A DNA stretch of 64,000 nt, taken from the NCBI GenBank assembly GCA_017558775.1, contig JAFYTP010000075.1:2228-66227 (forward strand), written 5' to 3'. The number at the start of each line of letters is the position of its first letter. Within the stretch, counting starts at the first letter, position 1. Shown piece after piece: positions 27,147-36,050 of this stretch. The position numbers and the translations under genes are program-made. The DNA is from Bacteroidales bacterium. GTDB lineage: Bacteria > Bacteroidota > Bacteroidia > Bacteroidales > UBA932. The notes under the pieces were generated by a model. It saw only the letters and a program-made list of their open reading frames with translations. It made no database searches and was not told where the DNA came from.

Positions 27147-30100
27147 TTAGTTGAACATGTACTTGACACCAATCTGCATGTACCAGCAGTTGCCGAGTGT
27201 GTGCTGGTAGTCCCAAGTCTTGACGCCGGGATCCACCATCGAGGAGAACACGGGGACGCCGTCCGTATCGGTAAATTCGTACTTCAGGATTTTGGCATTG
27301 CCGTTGGTGTCCTTAGGAACCTCCGGGCTGAAGCCCTTCGTCACGCCCCAGCGGGAATTAAACAGGTTGCTGACGTTCTGGATGTCCAGGCTCAGCTGCA
27401 GGGTGTTGCGGACGTTGCCCACCTTCACGATGAAGTCATGGGCATAGCGGAAGTCGAACACGTGACGCATCGGCTGGTTCACCGCATAGGCTTCGGCATA
27501 CTGGCCCTTGTGCGCGCTCAGGTAATCATCCTGGGCCAGGTACTGCCAGAAGGCATCCTCGCTGGCCTGGTCGATGAAACGGATCTCGTTCTTGTTCGCA
27601 GGGATGTACATCAGGTCGTAGGCATTGCCGTCGCCGTTCAGGTCGTTGGCGTAGATGTAGCTGTTGCCCGAGTAGCGAAGGCCCTCATAGAACAGGCTCC
27701 AGTGGTTGTGGGCGACATCGGTGTAAGCGATGGAAGCCATGAAACGGTCGGGCAGGTTGTACGAGGAGTTGTGCAGGACATTGTAGTTAGGACCGTCCAC
27801 GGAAGGGATGTACTTCCAGGCCGCGGAGGCGTTGGAGCCCGGCATACCGGTGATTTCCTTGCTCACGGTGTGCGTGTAGGCGGCCGTGATGTTCAAGTTC
27901 TGGATCGGCGTCGCATTCAGGGAGATGGAAGCAATGGAGCCGTAACCCTTGTTCGTGTTGGTGAGAATGTAAGCGTCACTCTTGGTGTACCGGTAACCGG
28001 AAGGATAGATGTGACGGTTGTCCGCGCCGTTGAAGGTCACCCAGCCACCGTTGTCCTCCGGAATGTTGTAGTTCGTGAGCATCACGCCGTTGATGGTCTT
28101 GTTGAAGATGTATTCGGCACTGACGGTCAGCGGGAAGTCGAACGGGAAGGTGTAGTCGACGGCCAGGGAGGTCTTCCAGACCTGCGGCATCTTGAAGTTG
28201 TAGTCCACACCGGCGACCTCGCTCGGAGCGGGGGCGGTTTCCGGAGTGATGGTCGTGGCATACTTGTCCGGGTTGATGCTGTTGAGGACCTTCAGGATTT
28301 CCCAGCGGTCGGTGATCAGCTTGCCGCCGGGCATCATCTGGCTCAGCACGTTGGGATCCGTCATGTAGGTAAGACGGCCCTTCACGATACCGGCGTTGGT
28401 AGGCATGTTGGTGAAGAACACGAGCGGAATGCGGCCGGAGAAGAGGCCGGTACCGCCGCGGAACTTCAGGCTCTTGTCACCGAAGACATCCCAGGCGAAG
28501 CCGAGACGGGGGCTCACCTGGATGCTGGGCTTGGGCCACTTGCCGGTATCCACATGCTTGCCACCGTAGTCGAGTGCCAGGGTGGCGTTGTTCGTCATCA
28601 CGTCGGCGTTGTTGAAGGACAGGTTGTCCAGACGGAGACCGGCGGTGAGCTTGAAGCGGTCCGTCACGGCCCATTCGTCCTGGACGTAAGCGCCGACCTG
28701 GGCGAAACGGACCTTTGCGGAAGGATACTCGTCATCGTCGAAGCCCCAGTCAAAGGCCATTTCAATCGGGGCGTTGCCCGACATGAAGTCGCTCATGCTG
28801 GCGAAGCGGAACATGCCGGTACCGTTACGCATATAGGTGTTGAGCGCCATCTGGGCCTCCAGGCTGGCGCCGGCGGTCACCTTGTGGGTACCGAGGTACA
28901 GGGTGACATCGTCCTTGATGTTCAGCACGGTGTTCTGCACCTTGTTGCGATAGGTGAACAGCTCGGTACCGAAGTCCATGTAAGGCTCCTTGGCGTAATC
29001 CGAACCGAGGTCACCGGCCAGGATTTCCACGAACGGGAAGAAACCACCGTCGTTGCCACGGACGTCCTGGATGTCGGAGTAAGTCACGAGGAACTGGTTG
29101 GAAACCGAGTCGGAGAGACGGCTGTTCAGGTCGGCGGCGACGGTCCACAGGTTGTTCATCTGGTTGTACAGCGAGTTGGAGAAGACCAGGCCGTACTGGC
29201 TCAGCATGCTGAAGGTCATACCGGACACGTCACGGGACGTGGACGGAGCCGTCCATTTGTTGTTGGTGGTGTAGTTATACCGCAGGGACAGGTGATGCTT
29301 CTGGCTGATGTTCCAGTCCAGACGGGCGAGGAGCTTCATATTGCCCTGGTCCTTGTTGTAGTTGTTGTAGGAACCGGGATCGTAGCCGTAGTTGTTGATG
29401 AGGAAGTTCTTCATCTGCTCGGCCTCGGACTCCTTGACGCGGGAAATCATACGGGTCTCGTCGGCGACACCGTCGGCGGAAGGACGCCACTTGATGATCT
29501 CGGACGGGCTCGGGGAGCGCTCGGCATTGACAAAGAAGAAGAGCTTGTTCTTGATGATCGGGCCGCCGAGGGTGAAGCCATAGGTGGTCTGACTCTCCGG
29601 GGTGCGCTCGAGGTCGACGCCATCGACACGGTTGCCGTGCATGTTCTCGTTCTGGTAGTACACGTAGGCGGAACCCTTGAAGGTGTTCGTACCGGACTTG
29701 GTGATGGCGTTGATACCGCCGCCGATGAAGTTCGACTGACGGACGTCATACGGAGAAACGACCACCTGCATTTCCTCGATGGCGTCGATGGAAATGGGGT
29801 TGCCGCCGCCCGGGAGGGCCGATGACAGGCCGAAGTTGTTGTTCACGTTGGCGCCGTCCACCGTGAAGTTGGTGGAACGGCCGGAGCTACCGGAGAAGTT
29901 CATCCCGTTACCGCCGTAAGGCGAGAGCTTGGCCATGTCAGAGAAGCTGCGGCTGATGGTCGGCATCTCGATGATCTGGCGGGAGGAGATGTTGGTCGAT
30001 GCACCCGTCTTCTCCACGGCCGCGAACTTGGAGGTGGGCGAAGCGACCACCACGGCCTCGGAAAGGAACTCGTTGGATTCTGAGATCTGCGCGTTGAGGT

Positions 30101-30413
30101 TGTAGGTCTCGGCCAGCTGGAGGGTGACCTCCGTGTAGTTGACCTGCTGATATCCCAGGCAGGAAACCTCGACCCGGTACGGGCCGCCGGTACGCATACC
30201 CTGGATGGTGTAGAGGCCGTCGCCGTTGGTCACGGAACCGTAGGTCGTGCCGGAAGGTTCGTGGATGGCCACGACGGCAGCGCCGATGACCGGCTCACCG
30301 TTCTGGTCCACGACGCGTCCGCCGAGGGACGAGGTCGTCACCTGGGCGAAGGCGGCGATGCCCGCGAAAACCATTACGGCCGCGAGCAGAAGGCATTTGA
30401 AGGCGTTTCTCAT
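27147..30413 (-). CDS. Oar-like TonB-dependent receptor
   Basis: Motifs QVTTSSLGG, HEPSGT.YG, GMRTGGPY, NNNFGL, PISIDAIEE, SPYDVRQSNFIGGGINAITKSGTN and SPRLGF. Ends KYMFN. Confidence 0.9.
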   Translation of the reverse strand: MRNAFKCLLLAAVMVFAGIAAFAQVTTSSLGGRVVDQNGEPVIGAAVVAIHEPSGTTYGSVTNGDGLYTIQGMRTGGPYRVEVSCLGYQQVNYTEVTLQLAETYNLNAQISESNEFLSEAVVVASPTSKFAAVEKTGASTNISSRQIIEMPTISRSFSDMAKLSPYGGNGMNFSGSSGRSTNFTVDGANVNNNFGLSSALPGGGNPISIDAIEEMQVVVSPYDVRQSNFIGGGINAITKSGTNTFKGSAYVYYQNENMHGNRVDGVDLERTPESQTTYGFTLGGPIIKNKLFFFVNAERSPSPSEIIKWRPSADGVADETRMISRVKESEAEQMKNFLINNYGYDPGSYNNYNKDQGNMKLLARLDWNISQKHHLSLRYNYTTNNKWTAPSTSRDVSGMTFSMLSQYGLVFSNSLYNQMNNLWTVAADLNSRLSDSVSNQFLVTYSDIQDVRGNDGGFFPFVEILAGDLGSDYAKEPYMDFGTELFTYRNKVQNTVLNIKDDVTLYLGTHKVTAGASLEAQMALNTYMRNGTGMFRFASMSDFMSGNAPIEMAFDWGFDDDEYPSAKVRFAQVGAYVQDEWAVTDRFKLTAGLRLDNLSFNNADVMTNNATLALDYGGKHVDTGKWPKPSIQVSPRLGFAWDVFGDKSLKFRGGTGLFSGRIPLVFFTNMPTNAGIVKGRLTYMTDPNVLSQMMPGGKLITDRWEILKVLNSINPDKYATTITPETAPAPSEVAGVDYNFKMPQVWKTSLAVDYTFPFDFPLTVSAEYIFNKTINGVMLTNYNIPEDNGGWVTFNGADNRHIYPSGYRYTKSDAYILTNTNKGYGSIASISLNATPIQNLNITAAYTHTVSKEITGMPGSNASAAWKYIPSVDGPNYNVLHNSSYNLPDRFMASIAYTDVAHNHWSLFYEGLRYSGNSYIYANDLNGDGNAYDLMYIPANKNEIRFIDQASEDAFWQYLAQDDYLSAHKGQYAEAYAVNQPMRHVFDFRYAHDFIVKVGNVRNTLQLSLDIQNVSNLFNSRWGVTKGFSPEVPKDTNGNAKILKYEFTDTDGVPVFSSMVDPGVKTWDYQHTLGNCWYMQIGVKYMFN

Positions 30414-30449
30414 AAGTTATCGATAATTATGTGTCTATGTTCTTATCTG

Positions 30450-30457
30450 CGAATATA
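30450..30457 (-). promoter_or_regulatory. Bacteroidetes -7 promoter variant TATATTCG for the TBDR-nuclease operon
   Basis: TAnnTTyG 36 nt upstream of ATG 30413, with TTTG about 20 nt further upstream. Confidence 0.55.
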
Positions 30458-30478
30458 ACGAAATAATCGGAAACGCAC

Positions 30479-30506
30479 AAAAAAACGGGGCCCCGTAGGG
30501 CCCCGT
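30479..30506 (-). terminator. Intrinsic terminator after the first Oar-like TBDR
   Basis: Minus-strand GC-rich hairpin ACGGGGCCCTACGGGGCCCCGT followed by a T-tract. Confidence 0.85.
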
Positions 30507-30528
30507 CCGAAATCGTGTCTACAATGGA

Positions 30529-33500
30529 CTAGTTGAAGAAGTACTTCAGGCCGAGCAGGATCTGCCAGCACTCGGAAGTGTTCTTGAAGTAGTTGGTGTA
30601 GGTCTTGGTCGGATACTTGTCGTCCACCTTGTTGAAGGAGAAGGTCGGGACACCGGCGGCATTGACACCGGCGTACTTGAGCGGGCTGATGTAGCCGGCC
30701 GAGCTCTGGTTGTAGGCGAGCTGGCGGACACCCCAGTTGCTGTTGATCATGTTGCCGATGTTGTCGATGGAGGCGCTGACCTGGAACTTGTGGCTGGTGG
30801 CACCGATGCGGAACATGATGTCCTTCGCGACGCGGAGGTCGAAACGATGCACGAACGGAGCGCGGGCGGCGTTGGCCTCGGCATACTGGCCCTTGTGCGT
30901 GGACAGGTATTTGTCCTGCTCGAGGAACTGCCAGAAGGCGTCGCGGTCGGCCTCGGAGGTGAAGAGGATCTCGTCCTTGGTGGCCGGGATGTACATCAGG
31001 TCGTAGGCGATGCCGTCACCGTTCATATCGTTGCTGTAGGTGAAGCTGTTACCGTAGGCGGAGTAGCCGGTGTAGTACAGGTCGAGCTGCAGGCCGCCGA
31101 TCAGGTCGAGGTAATAGGAAACGTTCGCGGAGAACTTGTCCGGGGTCACGTACTGGCTGCGCTGGAGGCCGAGGAAGTTCGGGCCGTTCACGGAAGCGAG
31201 GCCAGTGTAAGCGGAAGAGGCGGCGGAACCCGGCATGCCGGAGATTTCCTGGGACTCGGTGAAGGTGTAGGAAGCCATCAGCTTGAGGTTGCGAACCGGC
31301 TCGGACTTGACGGTGAGGTTGAAGGTGTTGCCATAGCCCTCACGGGAATTGGTCAGGATGTAGGCGTTGTTGGTGCCGTAGGTGTAGTTGCCTTCATACA
31401 TCAGACGATTGTCCGGACCCTTGAAACGCTTGGTGACAGCGCTCTCGTTGATGTTCCAGTTCACGAGGCGGGTACCCCAGATGGTCTTGTTGAACATCCA
31501 TTCCGCGGTGAAGGACAGCGGGAAAGAGGTCGGGAGGTTGACGTCGAAAGCGAGGGAGCTCTTCCAGATCTGCGGCATGTGGAAGTCAGGATCCACACCG
31601 TTGATGTCAGCGCTCTTGCCGATCTGGCCGTCCTCCGGGGTGACCGTGGTGTTCAGGCCCAGGATCTTGATGTAATCGTCGTTGTTCACCACAAGGTGGC
31701 CACCCTGCTCCTTGCCGCCGTTGAGGGCGATGAGAGCAGCCTTCACGTCATCGGCATATTTGACACCGGTGATGTTACCGTCCTTATCCTTGGCGAAGGA
31801 GGAGGTGTACTTGACGGTGGTCTGGATCATACCGGCGTTCTGCGGCATGTTGGTGAAGAACACGAGCGGGAGACGGCCCTGGAACAGGCCGGTACCGCCA
31901 CGGACGACGACACTCTTGTCACCGTAGACATCCCAGTTGAAGCCCACGCGCGGGGAAACCTGGATGCGGGTCTTGGGCCACACGCCGGTGTCCACGTGCT
32001 TACCGCCGAAGTCGATAGCCTTGATGGCGTTGTTGGTCATCAGGTCGGCGTTGTCGAAGGCAAGCATATCGGCACGGAGGCCATAGGAGAGCTTGAAGTT
32101 GCGGGTGATCTTCCACTCGTCCTGGATGTAGGCGCCATACTGGTCGTAGTTGATACGGCCGGCCGGGCTGGCGACACCGTTGTTACCATAGGTGTACACG
32201 AAGCTCAGGGGCAGGTTGCCGTTCAGGAAGTCCTCGGCGCTGGCGAAGCGGTAGTAACCGGTACCGTTACGCATGTAGGAGTTGTGGGCCATCTGGTGCT
32301 CGTAGGAAGCACCGGCGGTGAGGGTGTGGGCACCCAGGTAGAAAGTGAGGTTGTCCTGGACATTGAGGACCGTGTTCTTCACACCGTTGTTGTAGGTGAA
32401 GAGCTCGTAACCGAGGGAGGTATACGGGATGAAGTTACCGGTGCTGTAGTCCCCGTCAGTCATGATGTCGATGTGCGGGAAAGCGCCGGACTTGGAACCA
32501 CGCTGGTCGTTGATGTTGGTGTAGGTCGCAATGAGGCGGTTGGACACCGTGTTGGAGAAGCGGCTGTTGAGCTCGCCCGCGACGGACCAGACGTCGTTCT
32601 GCTGGCTGTACATGTTGTTGGCGAACGGCTGGGAGTCCTTGCTGGCGCGGTTGAAACCCTTGTTACGATAGCTATCGTCGCAGGAGTTGCCGTTCGGGGC
32701 GTTCCAAGTGGTGTTGGTCGTGTTGTTGTAGCGGACGCTCAGCTTGTGGGCGTCGGAGATGTTCCAGTCGATGCGGGCCAGGAGCTTGCGGTTCTGGATG
32801 CCGCCCGGGAAGTCGGTGTAAGAACCGGCGTCGTAGCCGTAGTCGTTCTTGAGCTTGTCGGAAATCTTCTGGAGGACGGCCTGCTTGGAAGCGTCGGCCT
32901 GCCACTGGACGGCCTCGCCCGGCTTATCCTGCATCTCGAAATTCACGAAGAAGAAGAGCTTGTTCTTGATGATCGGGCCACCGAGGGTGAAGCCGTAGAT
33001 CTTGTTGGATTCGGGCTTGCGCTCGCCCAGGTCGTCACCCATCAGCTTGTTGCCGCGGAGACGCTGGTCGTAGTAGTAGGTGTAGGCCGTGCCCTTGAAG
33101 GTGTTGGTACCGGACTTGGTGATGGCGTTGATACCGCCGCCCACGAAGTTGGACTGACGGACATCATAGGGAGCCACGACCAGCTGGACCTCCTCGATGG
33201 CGTCGAGGGAGATCGGGGTGCCACCGCCCGGGAGGGCGTCGGAAAGGCCGAAGTTGTTGTTCAGGTTCGCACCGTCCACGGTGAAGTTGGTGGAACGGCC
33301 GTCGGAACCGGCGAAGCTCATGCCGCTGGCGTACGGGCTGAGCTTGGTGAGGGCGCTGATGGAACGGCCGGAGTTCGGCAGATTCATCATTTCCGTGTTG
33401 GAAACGTTGGTGCTGGCGCCGGTCTTGGTGGCGGCGAAGCGGGAGGCCGGAGTGGCCACGACGATGGCCTCGTTCAGGGCCTCGACATCGTCGTTCAGAT

Positions 33501-33825
33501 AACCGTCCAGGACATAGTTCTCACCGAGGGCGAGCGTGATGTCCGTGAACTTGACAGACTGGTAGCCCAGGCAGGACACCTCAACGGTGTAAGGGCCGCC
33601 GGTACGCATGCCCTGAATGGCATAGAGACCTTCGCCGTTGGTCACGGCGCCGTAGGTAGTACCGGAGGGAGTGTGCGTCGCCACGACGGCAGCTCCGATA
33701 ATCGTCTCGCCCTTCGTGTCCACGATGCGGCCACCGAGGGAAGCGGTGGTCACCTGGGCATAGGCGACAGTGCCCGCCATCAGCATTGCGACAACGAGCA
33801 GAAAGCTTTTAACAGCGTTCTTCAT
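30529..33825 (-). CDS. Oar-like TonB-dependent receptor (paralog of 27147..30413)
   Basis: Same motif set as the paralog, ends KYFFN. Own promoter TACCTTTG at 33873-33880. Confidence 0.9.
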   Translation of the reverse strand: MKNAVKSFLLVVAMLMAGTVAYAQVTTASLGGRIVDTKGETIIGAAVVATHTPSGTTYGAVTNGEGLYAIQGMRTGGPYTVEVSCLGYQSVKFTDITLALGENYVLDGYLNDDVEALNEAIVVATPASRFAATKTGASTNVSNTEMMNLPNSGRSISALTKLSPYASGMSFAGSDGRSTNFTVDGANLNNNFGLSDALPGGGTPISLDAIEEVQLVVAPYDVRQSNFVGGGINAITKSGTNTFKGTAYTYYYDQRLRGNKLMGDDLGERKPESNKIYGFTLGGPIIKNKLFFFVNFEMQDKPGEAVQWQADASKQAVLQKISDKLKNDYGYDAGSYTDFPGGIQNRKLLARIDWNISDAHKLSVRYNNTTNTTWNAPNGNSCDDSYRNKGFNRASKDSQPFANNMYSQQNDVWSVAGELNSRFSNTVSNRLIATYTNINDQRGSKSGAFPHIDIMTDGDYSTGNFIPYTSLGYELFTYNNGVKNTVLNVQDNLTFYLGAHTLTAGASYEHQMAHNSYMRNGTGYYRFASAEDFLNGNLPLSFVYTYGNNGVASPAGRINYDQYGAYIQDEWKITRNFKLSYGLRADMLAFDNADLMTNNAIKAIDFGGKHVDTGVWPKTRIQVSPRVGFNWDVYGDKSVVVRGGTGLFQGRLPLVFFTNMPQNAGMIQTTVKYTSSFAKDKDGNITGVKYADDVKAALIALNGGKEQGGHLVVNNDDYIKILGLNTTVTPEDGQIGKSADINGVDPDFHMPQIWKSSLAFDVNLPTSFPLSFTAEWMFNKTIWGTRLVNWNINESAVTKRFKGPDNRLMYEGNYTYGTNNAYILTNSREGYGNTFNLTVKSEPVRNLKLMASYTFTESQEISGMPGSAASSAYTGLASVNGPNFLGLQRSQYVTPDKFSANVSYYLDLIGGLQLDLYYTGYSAYGNSFTYSNDMNGDGIAYDLMYIPATKDEILFTSEADRDAFWQFLEQDKYLSTHKGQYAEANAARAPFVHRFDLRVAKDIMFRIGATSHKFQVSASIDNIGNMINSNWGVRQLAYNQSSAGYISPLKYAGVNAAGVPTFSFNKVDDKYPTKTYTNYFKNTSECWQILLGLKYFFN

Positions 33826-33958
33826 AAGTTGGAATAAAGTAATAAGTGAATAAAATTCCTTCTAACCGGACGCAAAGGTACTACTTTTTTCGGATTATTA
33901 AAAATTTTGCCCAATCTCCGAGAAGACTGGGCAATTATCACCGATTCCGTGTTTTTTG

Positions 33959-35260
33959 TTACAGTTTGAAAGCTTCTTTCACGCGCTGGACACTATCCAG
34001 AAGCTCCCAGCCAAAGAACTGGACAATCTTGGGCTTGCCCTGCACGGTCACGGCCTTGGTGTAAGGAGTCCGGCCCATGTGGCCGTAAGCCGCCGTCGGG
34101 GCGTAGATGGGGTTCTTCAGCCCGAACTTGGCGATAATCTTCGCCGGGCGGAGGTCGAAGAGTTCGCCGACCTTCTTCGCGATCTCACCATCCTCCAGGC
34201 CATTTTTCGCCGTACCGTAGGTGTCGACGAAAATGCTCACGGGCTTGGCCACGCCGATGGCGTAGGCGAGCTGGACGAGGCACTCGTCCGCGACGCCCGC
34301 GGCCACGAGGTTCTTCGCGATGTAACGGGCGGCGTAGGCCGCGCTGCGGTCCACCTTGGACGGGTCCTTGCCGGAGAAAGCGCCACCGCCGTGGGCACCC
34401 TTGCCGCCGTAGGTATCGACAATGATCTTACGGCCGGTCAGGCCGGTGTCCCCGTGGGGACCGCCGATGACGAACTTGCCGGTGGGGTTCACATGCAGGA
34501 TGAAGCTGTGGATCAGGCGGGCGGTCTGCTCCGGAAGGGCTTCCTTAAGGCGCGGGATGAGGATGGTCTCCACATCATAGCGGATCTTGGCCTGCATCTC
34601 GAAATCGACCCGGGCCTGGCCGAACTCGCGGACGGCATCGACATAGGACATCTTGCCGAGGGTCTCCGGGACGAACTCGTCGTGCTGGGTGGAGATGACG
34701 ATGGTATGGACCTTCACGGGCTGGTGCGTCTCCCCGTCGTACTCGATGGTGAACTGGGACTTGGCGTCCGGGCGGAGGTACGGCATCAGTTCCGGCTCCT
34801 TGTGGCGGATGTCAGCCAGGATCTTGAGGGCGAGGTGGCTCAGGTACAGCGGCAGAGGCATGTAGTCCTCGGTGTCGCGGCAGGCGTAGCCGAACATCAT
34901 CCCCTGGTCACCGGCACCCTGGTCATCGGCCTCGGCGCGCTCCACGCCGCGGTTGATATCGGCGCTCTGCTCGTGCAGGGCGGACATCACGCCGCAGGAG
35001 TTGCCGTCGAACATATACTCGGCCTTGTTATAACCGATGTTATTGATGGTGTTCCGGACGGTGGTCTGGATATCGACGTAGGCTTCGGACTTGACTTCGC
35101 CCATCACCACGACCATGCCCGTGGAGCAGAAGCTCTCGCAGGCGACCTTGGATTCGGGGTCCTGGCGGAGGAACTCGTCCAGGATGGCGTCGCTGATCTG
35201 GTCGGCCACTTTGTCCGGATGGCCTTCGGAAACGGATTCGGAAGTGAAGAGATAGTTCAT
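33959..35260 (-). CDS. metK: S-adenosylmethionine synthetase
   Basis: Motifs [32 protein letters not shown] and [16 protein letters not shown]. Confidence 0.97.
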   Translation of the reverse strand: MNYLFTSESVSEGHPDKVADQISDAILDEFLRQDPESKVACESFCSTGMVVVMGEVKSEAYVDIQTTVRNTINNIGYNKAEYMFDGNSCGVMSALHEQSADINRGVERAEADDQGAGDQGMMFGYACRDTEDYMPLPLYLSHLALKILADIRHKEPELMPYLRPDAKSQFTIEYDGETHQPVKVHTIVISTQHDEFVPETLGKMSYVDAVREFGQARVDFEMQAKIRYDVETILIPRLKEALPEQTARLIHSFILHVNPTGKFVIGGPHGDTGLTGRKIIVDTYGGKGAHGGGAFSGKDPSKVDRSAAYAARYIAKNLVAAGVADECLVQLAYAIGVAKPVSIFVDTYGTAKNGLEDGEIAKKVGELFDLRPAKIIAKFGLKNPIYAPTAAYGHMGRTPYTKAVTVQGKPKIVQFFGWELLDSVQRVKEAFKL

Positions 35261-35265
35261 ATCAT

Positions 35266-35299
35266 AAAAAAATTAGCCCCGTACAGAGGCGGAGGCTAA
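35266..35299 (-). terminator. Terminator-like hairpin in the metK leader (possible riboswitch expression platform)
   Basis: Minus strand TTAGCCTCCG-cctctgta-CGGGGCTAA followed by TTTTTTT, ending 5 nt before the ATG. Confidence 0.6.
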
Positions 35300-35327
35300 A
35301 AACACAAAACACTGATATGAAATGTAA

Positions 35328-35373
35328 TTTAGCATTTTTTAACGTGGTTGCAAGCAATCCAAATCTGTCCACC
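35328..35373 (-). ncRNA. SAM-II (SAM-alpha-like) riboswitch aptamer
   Basis: Minus strand GGUGGACAGAUUUGGAUUGCUUGCAACCACGUUAAAAAAUGCUAAA matches the SAM-II pattern GUGG..GAUUU..GCUUGCA.CCAC..GCUAAA. Lies between promoter TACCTTTG (35390-35397) and metK. Confidence 0.8.
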
Positions 35374-35479
35374 TATGTTTTTGGGAGTGCAAAGGTACGA
35401 CTATTTTTCGAATCTGCAAAAAATATTTAACAAATTTTTACAAAATTCACCTAACTCATTATCAACCAGAACTTTAAAT

Positions 35480-35507
35480 AAAAAACCCTGGTGCAAATGT
35501 ACCAGGG
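35480..35507 (-). terminator. Intrinsic terminator after smpB
   Basis: Minus strand CCCTGGTAC-ATTT-GCACCAGGG followed by TTTTTT. Confidence 0.75.
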
Positions 35508-35555
35508 AAATATAAATAATTAATTGAAATTCAAGTATTTAAGCGAAACGCGCAA

Positions 35556-36011
35556 CTAGTAATCGCCCCTATCCATCTCGCGACGGACGTCGCGTTCTTT
35601 GATGGTATTGCGCTTGTCGTATTCCTTTTTGCCTCGGGCGAGGGCGATCTGGAGTTTGGCGTAGCCGTTGTCGGCGATGAAGAGTTTGACAGCGACGATG
35701 GTGAGGCCCGCTTTTTTGTCCTCCATGAAGAGGTGGTTGAGTTCGCGGCGGGTGAGGAGGAGGCGCCGGTCGCGGACGGGTTCGTGCTGGCCCCAGGAGC
35801 CCCAGTGGTACTGGGCGATGTTCATGCCGCGGACGTAGAGCTGGTTGCCAGCGAAATAGCAATAGGCATCCTGGAGCGAGGCTTTGCCCGCCCGGATGGA
35901 CTTGATCTCCGTCCCCACCAGCTGGATGCCGGCGGTATAGGTCTCGAGGAACTCGTAGTCGAACGAGGCCCGGCGGTTCTTGATCTGTATGGTACTCTTC
36001 GCTTTCGGCAT
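35556..36011 (-). CDS. smpB: SsrA-binding protein
   Basis: Motifs [36 protein letters not shown] and [11 protein letters not shown]. True start at ATG 36011. Confidence 0.96.
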   Translation of the reverse strand: MPKAKSTIQIKNRRASFDYEFLETYTAGIQLVGTEIKSIRAGKASLQDAYCYFAGNQLYVRGMNIAQYHWGSWGQHEPVRDRRLLLTRRELNHLFMEDKKAGLTIVAVKLFIADNGYAKLQIALARGKKEYDKRNTIKERDVRREMDRGDY

Positions 36012-36018
36012 AGGGTTG

Positions 36019-36046
36019 CAAAGGTACAACTTTTTCTCTAATTTTG
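36019..36046. promoter_or_regulatory. Back-to-back -7 promoters for smpB and miaA
   Basis: TACCTTTG (minus, 36019-36026) and TAATTTTG (plus, 36039-36046). Confidence 0.65.
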
Positions 36047-36050
36047 TGGT

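Noticed and set aside
20717-27154. 2145-aa plus-strand ORF, and similar antisense ORFs at 15695..19687, 30790..33837, 27201..29825, 13634..15661 and 9126..10931
   Set aside because: Shadow frames of GC-rich, codon-biased genes on the opposite strand. V/G/D/L-rich with no motifs, and the overlapped genes have clear family signatures.
35400-35555. AT-rich spacer next to smpB as possible ssrA, oriC or integration site
   Set aside because: Too short for tmRNA, and no DnaA-box cluster or integrase. Explained by the smpB terminator and metK promoter.
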